A stretch of 64,000 bases of DNA, from positions 22,568,001-22,632,000 of the forward strand of contig OZ281497.1 in the NCBI GenBank assembly GCA_965637545.1, in the 5' to 3' direction. Shown here piece after piece: positions 34,490 through 47,500 of the stretch (positions within the stretch are counted from its first letter, which is position 1; every line of letters starts with the position of its first letter). The notes under the pieces are model-generated. The model was given only the letters and a program-made list of their open reading frames with translations. It made no database searches and had not been told where the DNA came from. The DNA is from Phallusia mammillata (taxonomy: Eukaryota). A program made the position numbers and the translations under genes.

Positions 34490-35400
34490 CATAACACCAA
34501 TAACTCGTAGGTGGTGATGGTAACACCAGATGAATCCCCAGCCGGTTCGCGCTGGGTGAAACTCGGGTTTCGCTATGATGACGTATGTTGTTCCTTTATG
34601 CCAGGCTTCGGTGCGGCGTAAAACAATCGCCCAAATGGATTTTGCCGTTCACAAAAAGCACCGTGTGCTATACGTCCGATATCTTGTAACAACATGCCAT
34701 TTATAAGACCTTAAAATATAAAACATTTTGCACTAGCCGTCCCACATTTGTTCAAGCAAACTATATAGTTTTGCAAAGACTTGTAGGGCGTTGCCCGGAT
34801 TTTCGTCTCAGAACGGATATACCAAACTTGTTCGTGCTTTCGGGCAGTATTGTCACATAGAAAGTAAACAACATTGCTCCTTTTTGGCTAAGATCGTAAA
34901 ACATTTTGGGCGTAATAGAGTGCACATAGTCCTTGTTAAAATCAGAAAATGACTCTTTGCTTGTAGGTGTGGTAAGGTATGCCTACGCTTTGTAGGTCCT
35001 CTGGTTTTTAAATAGAATTTTTAGGTTAAAGCACTTCATTCCCAACTAACCAATGTATTAAATCTTATTCTGAATAACAAAGCGAAGTTTAATTTTAATT
35101 AAGAGCATTGTTCTCATTCCTTTTCATCTGCTTAGTTGTCAGACAAAATATTACTTGTTCAAGCTATTATTGACATTCTGTATTCAACATACAGGTATAG
35201 TAAAAAGGCGCTTGGATTCGCCGTCATGATCAATGGCACATGGCAACGCAATCTTGAGACTGTTGGTTATAACATCAGGTCAGCTCTTGTAATACTTTCT
35301 CGTACCATTGGCGACGGTCGCAATGACGCTTAGTTCTTTGTGGTTGGGTAACTACTTTATCTGATGTTGGGAACGTAGAGATGTTCCATTCTAAGGTTGC
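34490..35400 (-). pseudogene. Family Y degenerate multi-exon copy
   Basis: Homologous to 1860-2465 by translation. Exon-like segment KELSVIATVANGTRKYYKS*PDVITNSLKIALPCAIDHDGESKRLFTIP ends at a GTATGT donor. Stops and frameshifts present. Confidence 0.45.
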
Positions 35401-35959
35401 TTTATTTCAGAAGTGATAAAATATATCATGTAGCAGTGGACTTAAACATTTTTGTAGAAACCGCTAAGCACGGTATGTCAACGCTACTTTTTTCAGTACC
35501 AATATATCATATAAGGATTACCCGTTTTCAGAGCCAATATATCATATAGGGAATGTTTGAGAGAGTTTTTTTTTAGTTTGTTAAATAAATATCAAATGGG
35601 AATCAGACTTACTTTTGCATAGCTGAATACGTCAGGCAGGCGATTCTAGTTATAAAAATCCCGGCCAACCAAGCTTTAACCTGGACCAGGTTTGGACTTT
35701 TGTTTGAAACAAAACGGCTTGATTGACTTCACTCTAGGTCTCATTGGTGTCGTAATTTCACTTTGGTTAACTTAAACAAAACTATACAAGCAAATGTTTT
35801 GGCGACATCTACACTTGAATTAATAATCACTGAAGTTTCGTTGTCACTTTCCTGTTTCGATGGTACACAACAGCGTATTTCAAACACCTTTTTATCTTCA
35901 GTAAATATTTGCTACTTTAGTTCGAAAAACTTTGTAGGTTACCCTGACTTTGATTTATC

Positions 35960-36607
35960 ATGTCGAATTCTAAACAAATATTTCGAAGCAGCCCTGGTAT
36001 GTACAAATTGTTTCAGTTTTCCGCTGAATTGCAATCGAAAAAAGACTATTACAAAAAGGGTCTGTTGATATATTATTCTCTTGGAAAAAGTTTTGCTGAT
36101 GGATACTTGTGGCGAGTACAGCTTAATCCCACCTATAGCGTCAAAGTAAATGGGACAATGGAAAAAATCAAAATTTAGAACGGGCGACGAGAATCGGTAA
36201 AGATCGGTGAAAAAGAAGCAGAGGAAGCTATTTCTAAAACATTTACAGGCTGCAAAGATGTAAAAATAACAACTGCAGTAAAACCTTCACCGGTGGAGGT
36301 AAAGGCAAAACAATTTGCCTTTCGGTTCGACGGTGATTCAATGCCAGCAACCGTTGCTAACAGCTTTCTTGTCAACGGCTTTGAAGTTGACACTAAAACA
36401 GGACCATTCAATCGCGACAAAGAATGTGTTTACGGTTTCGCAGAATCCAAAACTGATTTTGCCTTGCTGGACATGGCGCTTCAGCTAGGAAAGGAATATG
36501 GTTGCCAAAATGTGGTGTATGTGGCCAACTGTTTGATGAAAAAAGAATGGCTTAAACATGCAGAAATAGAAATTCCGAAACCAAATATGCATACCCAACT
36601 TCAATGA
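35960..36607 (+). pseudogene. Family X subfamily B copy with a single premature TAG
   Basis: ORFs 35960..36178 and 36293..36607 are one frame broken only by TAG at 36176-36178. Paralogs have TTA or TCA at this codon. Confidence 0.8.
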
Positions 36608-37920
36608 AGCACTGTAGTTTGTAAAGTAGCCTCCTTAGGAAAGTGTAACCTTGTTTATGTTCTAGATGTTGTTATTGCAGCATGGAAAAACATCAATATA
36701 AGCACAAAAATCGAAAAAATAGTAGGATGTAGTTCAAACTTGTCAAAATCAACAGGATTGTACAATTTTGAAATGTGTCACTTTTCTCATTGTTGTTTTT
36801 TGGTTTGGGAAAAAATGTTTTTCTCCACTAAGGAATATTACACGTTAAGAAAACGAATTTTGATTTGCTGTATTGTTTTTCAATAAATGTTAGATAAAAC
36901 AGTTTTGAATTTATAAAGCAGTAAACTATTTGTATCTAAGTTTAGATAAACGTACTTTTCGGTTTATTGAGCGAAATAAAACACACATAAACAGTAACGA
37001 AATAAAATGAAAACCACAAAGCAAGTACCGCAAAGGGTATGAGCATAAAATAGAGAAAGTGAAAGTCAAGGCCTTTTCTCGCCGCCGAATGGCGGAAGTG
37101 CATGGGCCCTGAAAGAAACAAGGTAAAGTGATCTGTTACAAAAAATGCATTAAATATATAATCTAAGTTGAGATAAACCTAAATTCATAAATAAGGTCAG
37201 CCCGGAAATATTCGTGCCGACCAGCGATAACGGTATACTCTTATATAACCCCTACGGTTACAATAGTTGAATGTCGCCTATGTTCTGTGATAAACTTTAT
37301 TTGTGCAAGCTATGACAAATAGGAAGAAACTAGTCTTCTTTTGTTGTGAGAGAAAATTAATTAGTCGTCACCTTGATATTGCGCCAAATACATTCCATTG
37401 AGTAAAACGCTTTGTTGTCTCAATTGTTGACTCAAAGTTACTTCATACAATTCTGTACGGCAAACAATACCCTGATGTTTTCTATTAATCAGGGTCAGCG
37501 CTTGGTTTGCTTTGAACTTGCCGACAGCGTAGGGTAGGCGGATTTTTCTTCCAAAGCTGATTAACATTCCAGATTTTTGCAGGTGTAGTCGGAACAACGT
37601 CATTGACGCGATCAAATAGCCCCGCCACCGCACGTGTCCAGTGTAAAACGCCAGTCTAGTTTTAAATGCACCGTTGGGAGGTGTTAATTTAATCTTCATT
37701 TGGTGTTTGAGCAAAAATGTAACATGCGGAATTTCGGCAAAAGAAGATCCGTAACCTCTATTTCAAACAATTGTAGAGTTTACCTTATTGAAGTATTTAA
37801 CCTTGTACTTGTTGGAAACTAAGTGTTATTACACTTGTTTTCGAAACAGACTTTGTTTTGCCGTTGAAGTAGGTTAGTTGCAACGAGATGAACAAAGTAT
37901 TGTTGACTCACAATAAGAAA

Positions 37921-38130
37921 AAGTCGGAGTTAAAAAATGGAAACTTCATTTATTAATTTTTGGCTGGACATTTTACCAATGGATATTCGTGGAAAAATTG
38001 TGATGGACCCAACGCAAGATGAAAACACTACTGGGATAGCATAAAAAATCGATGTGAATGGCATTGCAACATCTCAACAACAGCAAATGGTGAAGCAAAT
38101 GACTGCTCTCTGTATTAAAGTGTTAAACTA
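37921..38130 (+). pseudogene. Family X 5' fragment
   Basis: KSELKNGNFIY*FLAGHFTNGYSWKIVMDPTQDENTTGIA*KIDVNG. Confidence 0.7.
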
Positions 38131-38384
38131 GCAGTACTAAATTGGAATATTGTGGCCAGTATATGAGATGAATCGAATATCGGTGAAAGAAATATATTGA
38201 CGTCCCTAAAGTTTTTGAAAATTATTTCGTGAAAAACCGTTTGCATCGGCTCCCGTATCGATCTTAAAAATAACTGTAAACGTGAAAGCACAAAAATGTA
38301 AATAAGTCAATCTTTTGGTGAACTGGTAGTACTTACAGATTTCATGATTTACGTTTGAATGATACCTGCACGTTGTACTTGCTA

Positions 38385-38516
38385 GTGATTAGCTCCACTG
38401 CAATATCGAGCGAAGTGGTTTCTTCCACCACACTTCAAACATAGCCTTCCTCAGGCAGGACACGTTCTGACGTCATGTAGCAACGAGCAGAATCTGCAAA
38501 CTCCAGGCACTGGAAA
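38385..38516 (-). mobile_element. Ty3/gypsy-like Gag zinc-knuckle remnant
   Basis: Minus-strand CRFCSLLHDVRTCPA*GRLCLKCGGRNHFARYC: paired knuckles, the second a canonical CX2CX4HX4C. Contains a stop. Confidence 0.65.
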
Positions 38517-41500
38517 TTGGTTACCGTTTTGTGCCACATTGCCACTCCATTGCATATAGCTTCATTGTATTTAAATTCAACCGGTTACCTGTAACGACTG
38601 TCAAGTTTAAGACGTGGTGCGCGTTTATATAGGACACTTGACATCATAACACATGGATGAAATCTAGCGATAAATACATACATCACTATCTCCTCTGGTG
38701 GTGTTTTGAATCGCTACTTGTGTTTATTTTGGGCATAATGCCACATACTGAGATGGAAAAAATAATCATAGCAAGCAACAAACAAGTAAAAACCACGTTG
38801 AATATTTAATGTATACCAAAATGAAATAAAAAATGAATGTCAAAACATCTCAACAATTAAATATCATAACATTACAGAGTTGTAAGTCAACCCGACCCGA
38901 TTCCAAATCATGTTTAAAAAAATTTGCTTCGTTGAAATCAAGACATGTCTTTGGTTTCAATTGTAGGCTATTTATTCTTTTTTCCAGAAATATTATCACG
39001 TTCGTTCGATGTCGGGTGGCAAGAAGCACTACCCTTGATTTAGGCAACCCCAATGAAGATGTGTCTAACAAAGTAAGCATAGAAATATATAAATATTTGT
39101 GTCGGCTAGTCCCGTCGCTGTGTTTATAATTGCGCGAATTTGAAATATAGTTGCAATAAGGAGAGTACGTTCAAAAATTTATTTAGGCAAGCAAAAAGCG
39201 ATTGTGCTTGGGCTAAGTTAGCGGTAATAAAGTCTTGTAAGGTGGAAATGATTGCGTGTGCGTTTAATATTACGGTGTCCCCTGACTTAATACCCCTTTC
39301 TATTTTGTATTTATAAACACCCGATGCAAACTCTGATTACCTATTTCCTACTATAGTTGTAAAACATTTTATTGTTGCGTTCGTTAGATGTCGTCCGAGT
39401 GTTGTGAGAAGCTTCGTTCCTGTTGTTTGTTTGAACAAGTGAAAGTGTTCCGTAGCTAAACACAGTGATAATCAAACAAAGTTACATTCTTTATCCATTA
39501 CCATCTCGCAATAATAATCCAGAACGTTGACGCGATGTGCGTGAATTGCTTTATTTGGACGCGAGACCATGTGACTATTTCGACCGCTATAGGCTACTAC
39601 CTTTTAGGCCTCGTGTTGTTTGGACTGATGATTAGAAAACGTGGTTGTGTTAGAACTTTTGAAGTTATACGTTGCCGTTACTGTAATGTCTTGCATTTAT
39701 ATATTTTATTAAACTTGTTTTTAGTTGAGACCCTGTTTGCTGTTACCATGTCACTTTTAGTTTAAGCGATATGTGCAGGGAAACTTGGCATTTACCAGGT
39801 ATGGGCAGTGATCCGGATATAAATGTGTATGGGGTTGATATAAGAAACTTTAACCGGCAAGTTTACATAGCCAACTCTACTTATCTCGAAATCCCCTGTC
39901 AAATTTGGGAACACCAAACTATTTTCGGTCACAAAATGTAAAATAAAACACCAACTATGAATATATTTACGGGAGAACATATGTTACTACCAACGATTCT
40001 GAAACGTCCATTCATGTGTGCTATTTTTAAATGTCCACACCACGATTGGACCAATCTATGCTGGTTACGTACCGTAAGATTCGGTGGCAACCTTAACGAA
40101 AAAAACGAATTAGGGTGATATTTATTATCGTAAGCCAGTCCCCATGATAGCACTTAGACCACACGTAGGTAATTTATTTTGCTTAAACGTCCCGCCTTAA
40201 GTTTGTGGTTTAACCACAAGAAGTCAGGCGCATCACCGACGTATAGTATCGTCAGTGTATTTTGGAAGTCAAGCGCAACAGAACTGTGTGCGGTAAATTC
40301 TTTTCTAAAGCCAGTAAGCTTATTTTCTGGTAGGGCAGCCGTTTTCAAATTTATATTTCGTTGCAAATTATTTAGAAACGGAGAAATTATTGCCAAAAGT
40401 TTTAGCAAAACATGAACAGTGACATTATAATGGCGTATACCAGCTAAAACCACATGGTCAAAAACGATTTATTTTAAGTTTGAGTTGATATTTTCTCCAG
40501 TTTATAGCAGTTACTACATACTTTCTGTTATTTTTTGTCAAAAAACATCATACTAAATTTGCGCGCTGATATGTACATCCCCTTCCCTAGATATCCGACT
40601 TTAATAAAAACAACTAAGTTATTAGTTACTAAAGTCACACGAAGCCATGTCATAAAATTTGTATTATTAAAGCGAGACGTCAGTAAGTCAGGTATACGCG
40701 CCAGACAAGGTCGAGTGTAGTTAACTTATTACCCATAAAAGCAAATGTTTAAACAGCAACCGCTCGTACACAATACAAAAAGGCGGGAAACGTTATCATA
40801 CTTAGTAGAGCGATGGGTTGTGTTCGCAAGACAAGGTATATGTCTTCGCTATGATTCAAAACTTAAGATGCCAGTCTGTATTCAGGCCATGTAAGGCTTA
40901 CTAGATTTTAAGTTGGTTTCAATTTGTTCATTAAAGCAGTAATGGAAAAGTCTAGCACTGGCATTTAAAATGTAAAAGTGCAGCACAAGTTCCATTTTGT
41001 TGCCAGTGGTTTTATTTATTCATTTGAACTTACCACCAATATCATTTTACGTTAGCTTTGTAGGCTTGATAATCTTGTATTTACAACTGGGATCAGTCCT
41101 GAAGCATTTGTACGCTCGTGTAATTATCGAATTAATACTTGGTTTAGCTAGGGCTACCATATTTCTATCCCATAAAGATTTGTTGAAAAGAACATGAAAA
41201 ATTACTTTTTGGAGGCCGAATTAATCAAAAAAACAATTGCCCCACCAAAAAACAATCCTTAGAAATTAAACGGTATTAAAATATAATTCGGATAAAGTTT
41301 AACGTTTATCACATCACCACACTAAAATAACCTTTTTTTCAAAACAAAATGTAAACTCCATCTGTATACTTTAAAAAATAAGCTGCAGATTATTATTTGG
41401 CTGTTTTCAAAGGCATAATTGTCACTCATGTAGTTGGTAAATCAGAAATTCTTTAAAAAAGGAGGACATTCGGGTCAATTAATGGTTTAACTTGAAAATG

Positions 41501-41651
41501 TAGTTTTGTACAAAAATTGTCAGTTTGTGTGGTTTATGTTTAGGTTTTTTCTTTGTTTTATATTTTATTTTTTTCTACTATGTACATAGTTATGTTTAGG
41601 TTTAACATTAGAAAAAAATCGAAAGTTTATTATAAAGCAACTATTTAAAAC

Positions 41652-42308
41652 ATGGCTTCATCTCAACTCGCGACCAAAACTTCCATTTGTGACTCAGAAG
41701 ATTTCCAATTTTCGATCACCATGAACCGGCCAAGGCCGGAACTCAAAGATGGTAATGTGATCTACTACTCATTTGATAACAGTTTTGCGAATGGATACTT
41801 GTGGAAAATATATGCGGGACCAACTGACGACTGCAATATGTCTGGAACGGCGAAAAAAGTTGCTACAGATGGGTCAGCAGTTTTATCAAGCTTGCGTGAT
41901 GCCGCAAAGGCAATTTCATGCACTTTTACTGACAGCCAGATTAAAACAATAAACAGCGTTTCAACTCCGCAGCCTGCTAATGAAGAAAACAAGGTATTTG
42001 ATGTTGCCTTCACACTTAAAAACTTCGAAGACAAATACCCAGAATTATCTCACTGGAGTTTGGAGAAAGTGGGAACTGATATAGAAGTCAGAACTGGAAC
42101 CCTTAAAACTTACGAATCCATTAAATGTGTACTTGGTCTTGCGGAGTCCCCTTCGCCTTTCCTATTGCTACACATGGTTAATATATTGGGCGAACACTTT
42201 GGCAGAAAAAACGTTAGGTATGTGTCAGAGTGTAACAATCCGATAGGTTGGTGCAAAGTGGCTGGCATACCTTTGCACGATGATGATGATTATGATAACA
42301 GGCATTAA
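41652..42308 (+). CDS. Family X protein, subfamily A (218 aa, acidic tail)
   Basis: Full ORF, closest to 812..1471. Last copy of the array. Confidence 0.85.
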   Translation: MASSQLATKTSICDSEDFQFSITMNRPRPELKDGNVIYYSFDNSFANGYLWKIYAGPTDDCNMSGTAKKVATDGSAVLSSLRDAAKAISCTFTDSQIKTINSVSTPQPANEENKVFDVAFTLKNFEDKYPELSHWSLEKVGTDIEVRTGTLKTYESIKCVLGLAESPSPFLLLHMVNILGEHFGRKNVRYVSECNNPIGWCKVAGIPLHDDDDYDNRH

Positions 42309-42465
42309 AAAGCAATCAATCAACACCTGTTTTGTGACGCGCAATTTAAATGCGTAGTTGTGTGCTGCAAGAATATTTCTGCTGTAGCTATTTCTTATTT
42401 GTATATATTTGATGTGACGCACGTATAATTCTTGCTTTTGTTAGGTGTCGCACTTTGTCGCACAC

Positions 42466-42585
42466 GTCAAGTAATTGGTCGAATGGTCTGGCGCGCCTGA
42501 CCCATATACAGACATAAAAACCCTGATCGGGATTCGTCCCCGGGAGAGTCCTGGGTTTGAACCCCGTGAAGAAAAAAAAAAAAAA
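42466..42585 (+). mobile_element. tRNA-derived SINE or tRNA pseudogene with poly(A)
   Basis: A-box-like tggtcgaatgg, B-box-like gggtttgaacccc, A14 tail. The 5' part resembles a tRNA-Leu head. No full cloverleaf seen. Confidence 0.4.
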
Positions 42586-44532
42586 TTGCAAAATAGTGTG
42601 ATTTTATAAAGAGATCCTATCAGACAATAAGTCATTTATAACACAATCGATTGCAAACCAAACACACCCAATTTTTATTGTTTTGTTTAAAATACCGAAG
42701 CGTTTTGATTTTACGAGAAATCAAACCAAAATATTGATAAATATACCAAAAACAGGAAGATGAAAAGTTGGGAAAGTATTCAACGGTGATAATTTAAATT
42801 AAGTAAAACAGGGTTAGTGAGAAAGCGATGCAAGGAAGTAGTCGCAGTTGTCCAGGCCGGATTGTAAAGAACGATACAAGTACACCACAAAACAAATATG
42901 TACAGACAAGAACACAAATATATACAGACAGAGCTTGCCTTTTGTTATAAAGAAGATCTCATAAATAAATGAGGCCGTGGAACTTGGGGTCGAACCGGCT
43001 GAACAATCAACGCGATGACGCTGATTATAACGTCACGAGATGATGACGTCACATGTTTCGTCACTATGGACAGGTTTGAAGAACATTTGGTGGTAGGGCT
43101 GGCGCGTATCGGCGACAAGTACAAAAGGTACAAAGACAAAGGTACAAAGACACACAGCACACAAACAAACAAACACAAATATATACACATATAGATAAAC
43201 ACACACCACAGCAACAAGAAAACACACAGCACAATGTAAGGCACGCGGTTGAATGCATAAAGCACAACACAATGAAAACATTAAAGTTGAATTTTGCAAG
43301 TAGGTAGCTAATTTTAATGAGGAAGTTATAATTATTGTCGTTTGTTGTGAGTTTGTCATGTTACCATTGGTGGTCAGTTTTACTGTTTAGTTGAGCTTTT
43401 GTAAACTAAAACACAGAAAAAGGTACGAAACAACTGCAAAATCACATACAAAAAATTTAAAATTAAGGAATGTTGTGTATATTGACCACAGGAAGGACAA
43501 AAACAGCAACTTAAAACTACAACAACACCTACACAAAACCATAACACATAAGAATTTGTAATAAATCTATAAACGTTTAACAAACGTTGTTTAAATTCTT
43601 AAAATTCTATTTCGCTAGCGATAGGTAGAGTCGGTTTAAAAAACGGAGAAAAAACTGTTACAGCTTTTCGCTGCACAGAGTGACGACAAAACGAAATAGT
43701 GACATCATAATGACGTAACAGTTAAAATTGCGTCGCCAATTCGGTTTCTGGGAAGTGGCTGTTGAACGTTTGCTTTTTTTGCTCTCTTTCGCCTCGTTGT
43801 GGCAATTGTTGTTTTTCTGCAATTTCTGCTAGGTAGCAGCAAATGAAAGCATGTGAGTTTTGTTACCAACTGGGGATCAACAATTAACTTAACAGGATAA
43901 ATGGAAAAATAAAAACGATGACATGAACATTAGATGCAATGCTACAGACAGTTTAAGGATGGCAAGGTATGAATGTCCACAACCTGTGTGTGATTTGACT
44001 TTGAATAGCACCTTAAAAACAAAAATGACTTTACAAATATCGGACATGATTTGAAACCAGTAAATTATGGTCAAAATGCCAATTTTACCAGTTTAAGTTA
44101 CGTTAATAATAAGGTTGTGTGATTTATCTTACAATCATGTCGCTGTTGGCAAAAACTTAGAGCAAAAAACTGATTTTAGGTGAACAATAAAAAAGTTTAG
44201 CACAACTGCAAAGGCAAGACATGATCAAAAACATTTGCGTGTAGCAAAATGAGTCTGCTTTTTGGCATTCACTTGAACAAGTCGATAGCATTCTTTGTGA
44301 CGGCCAACACTTGGAAAGCAATAAAGAAAAATAAACAGACACACGAGCATGACTGGCATGCAACGAGCATAGATAGAAGCATTCGATTGTTTTGTTTGTC
44401 CTAGTCGGCTAAAATGGAAGCCATTCGCTGTGTCATGTCAAACAAGCCTACATGTAAAGCATTAGGCCGTTGTCAGCATCTAAATAGTCGCTTTGCAAGA
44501 AGCACAAGCTCTATGCAGAAAAGCGTTTTGTT

Positions 44533-47500
44533 TTAAGCCGGAATTCCATTCACTTGCTCATCTCCATTCACCTGCTCGTTTCCGTTTTTTAACTGAGCCG
44601 CATTTTCCGACTTTTGTGATTCCACCTTTTCAGCGATTTCCGCGCCTTGTTTCGCGTCAACGCAATTGTCAGTTTCCACCTGTTTGGGATTTATCACCAC
44701 GCAAACGTCGTCCTCCTCGTCGTGGCCATTCACTTGTGCCACTGGCGGCTTGGACATCTGTGCCGGCTTTGCAGGGAGAATGGGCAAGGCTGGGGGCGGC
44801 GGCGGAAATCCCGGAATCGTTCCGTTCATCAGCGGAAACGCGTTCGGATGGTAAATGTAGTGAGCGTTGGCTGGAGCTGGGGGTGGGTTTTGGGGCACAA
44901 AATGCGTTGAAGTGGCTGAGAGCGCGGCTGACTTTGGGGGAGCGCTGATAATCGAGTATGTAAGGATCGGCTGCATTCCCCCTGTGAGAGTAATAGGCGA
45001 TGTGATCACGCTTTGACTGGTGTTGTTCGCTGATGACGCTGAAACGGTGACATCTGTTGGCTGTGGACTGCTGTAGGTTTGAACAACGGTGGCTGGTTGT
45101 GACACCGGGGCTGGACTCGATCCGCTCGTAGCTGTTTCAATTCCTTCTTGCACTGGAGGAGCTGGGATTGCCACCGGTGCTTGGATCATCCCTCCCATGT
45201 TGTATAGAGATTTAATTGGGCGAGCCTTCAAAACGTTTGAATTAAAATACTGCTAAATCTGATAATGTATTTAACCATTCCCAGATAAAAGTATTTACCT
45301 ATTTATATTCAAGCGAATCGGTTTACAATAGGTCAAAATTGTGTTTTTTATCAGGCTATTTAAAATAAACCGTTGACAAAAGCTGTTAAAAAAGGTTGTA
45401 TTTTTTTTCTATTTATTCGAGATTTCGATACCAGGACAAGCCTGAGCAAAATTTCCGATCACTTTGTTTGTGTCAAATGTGGATCAAGCAACATTTTGCC
45501 CAGCAGTTCACTTGTTTGAGTTTACGATTCTTAACGTCAGAGATTCGATTCTCGAGATTCGATTCTCGAGATTCGATATAATATATTGTTAGAAGTTACC
45601 TGGTCACATTCTCCATCTCTGCAGGCCTGGCACAAATCTGAGTTGTGTTGGTTACGTGGACGCCCCGGTCTTCTGTCGATGCGAATTGGCGGCTGAAGAA
45701 AGCCGTAATAAGTCTGGCCAACTTTGTTGTAAACGTTGCACATCACCTTAAGGATTAAAGCAATGCTTAAGTCATTTGCATTTAGGAAGAGATACTGGAA
45801 GTAAACAAGGATTTTTAACTCAAACATTTTAACTGCAATACTTTTAACGCACAAAGAGAGTTAGACGTGGGATGTGCGCTTTAAAATGACTCAAAATGTA
45901 TTTAGAAACAGAAACAAAAACTAAACTTCTAGATAGTTTGTGTGTAGAGAATACATTTTTGTTGGTATTTCATCAAATCAAATCTATACAATACCATACG
46001 TTTAATTGAGATAAAAAAAACTATATAAATTATTGTTATCTACTTCAAATATGTGCTGAACATATACCGCCACTAGAAGGAACTGCACTTCTCATATGAC
46101 AACATTTAAATACGTGGATATTGGTTTCATGTTACGCAGGCAACAGCCATAAATCAGGGTCAGGCAAGGTTTCAATGCATATAACCATAACACGATAGCA
46201 CTTTACATATACAACCGGATGTTCAACCCAATTGTCCCTTGTGCTATTGTTTATGTCAAGAGAAAACCTTTTGTCAATATACTTGCGTGTTTAGCGTTAC
46301 GGCAAAAGGCGTGTTGTATGAAAATGAGCATCGTTGCCGTTAAAAATGCAAATTTGTTTCTTGTTTTTGCATTTAGAGAAGACAAAAGATACCAGTTTAT
46401 AATTGTTTCAATTTTTGTCGCAATATACCCATATTGTTTTATTGTACAAAGTTGAGAAATGTTATGTACAGCACTTGAGAGTATAAATGGTTTAAATAGG
46501 GATCTAAACATTAAACTCGCGCCAATCTCGGGAGACACAAGTCTCCAAGACTACAAGGAATGGCACCATTTAGTTTCTTTACAAAAACTTAAGTTAATAG
46601 TTCAAAAAGTGAAAATGTGTAATTGAAGCTCTGTTGTTTGAGTTAAGACCATTTGTTGCGGCACCTACAGCAACGGTATATCATCAGCAGTACAAAATGT
46701 TACAAAGACTCGCTACAGCGAAATCAAAGTGTTTGGCAAATGGGGAAGGCAGCAGTTTATATTTAGTATTCGATTCCAAAACAATAATTCCCAATAAAAC
46801 GGCACTGAAATTCGGAGAATCCCATAACGGCCCTAAACCCGGCTATTCTAGGCAAATGTGCATCGCCAGAAAGACTCCTAAAACGTGCGCTGCGGGCAAT
46901 TGTGACCGAAACTCCGGATACCGGTCCTGGCTGTTTGAATTCCCACCGACTGAAATGTACTTGGAAAATCGTCCCCACAGCAATTTGCCGGTTTGCGCTG
47001 CGCCAGAGCACAATTTCGGAAACATATTGGCACTGCAGCCTTATTGCTTTTGGGCTCGGACAAACATTTTACTGAGCGTTTACTGGTTTGTGTATTGCAA
47101 CAATATGGCAGCGGCGACATACGCCCGAAAGTCCGTCTTCCTGTTAGGAGTGATAATTTGTCAACCGTTTCTCGCGCTAATCTGCACTGTAAACTGTAAT
47201 TCTCTATTTTGGATGCATGTAATCTGATACTCATGTTATTGCTATTGGAATGAGTACAGTCCTATTTTAAGCTCAGATGCAGAATTACTCCGAAAACTAT
47301 CCGCCCTTTCACTGTTGCAAATAATCATATGTTTTGATTTAAACATGGCAACGGGAAAAAGTAGAAAACAAAGATTTATCAGTCATTCAATATGTTGTCC
47401 AGCACTTAGGAGCGTTTTTAAGCTAAACATAATCTTTTAAATATTTTAATGTAAATGCAATTATTCAGGAGACAAACGCAACTGTGAATAAAACTTTTCA

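Noticed and set aside
35288-35296. AAGTATTAC (circovirus-type origin nonanucleotide) on the minus strand
   Set aside because: No flanking inverted repeat to form the origin stem-loop; a 9-mer is expected by chance in AT-rich DNA.
37055-37066. ISRE/IRF-like GAAAGTGAAAGT
   Set aside because: Single occurrence, not found at equivalent positions upstream of intact X genes.
37361-37714. 117-aa minus-strand ORF
   Set aside because: Non-ATG start, no recognisable motif and no paralog in the window.
42945-43583. Hydrophobic Cys/Val-rich minus-strand ORFs
   Set aside because: Produced by low-complexity CA-rich sequence, probably the RTP-like 3'UTR.
45030-45050. ctgatga-cgct-gaaac
   Set aside because: No stem II; it is the antisense of an RTP-like coding exon.
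46634-47227. 197-aa plus-strand ORF inside an RTP-like intron
   Set aside because: Non-ATG start, no recognisable domain and no paralog; treated as a chance ORF.
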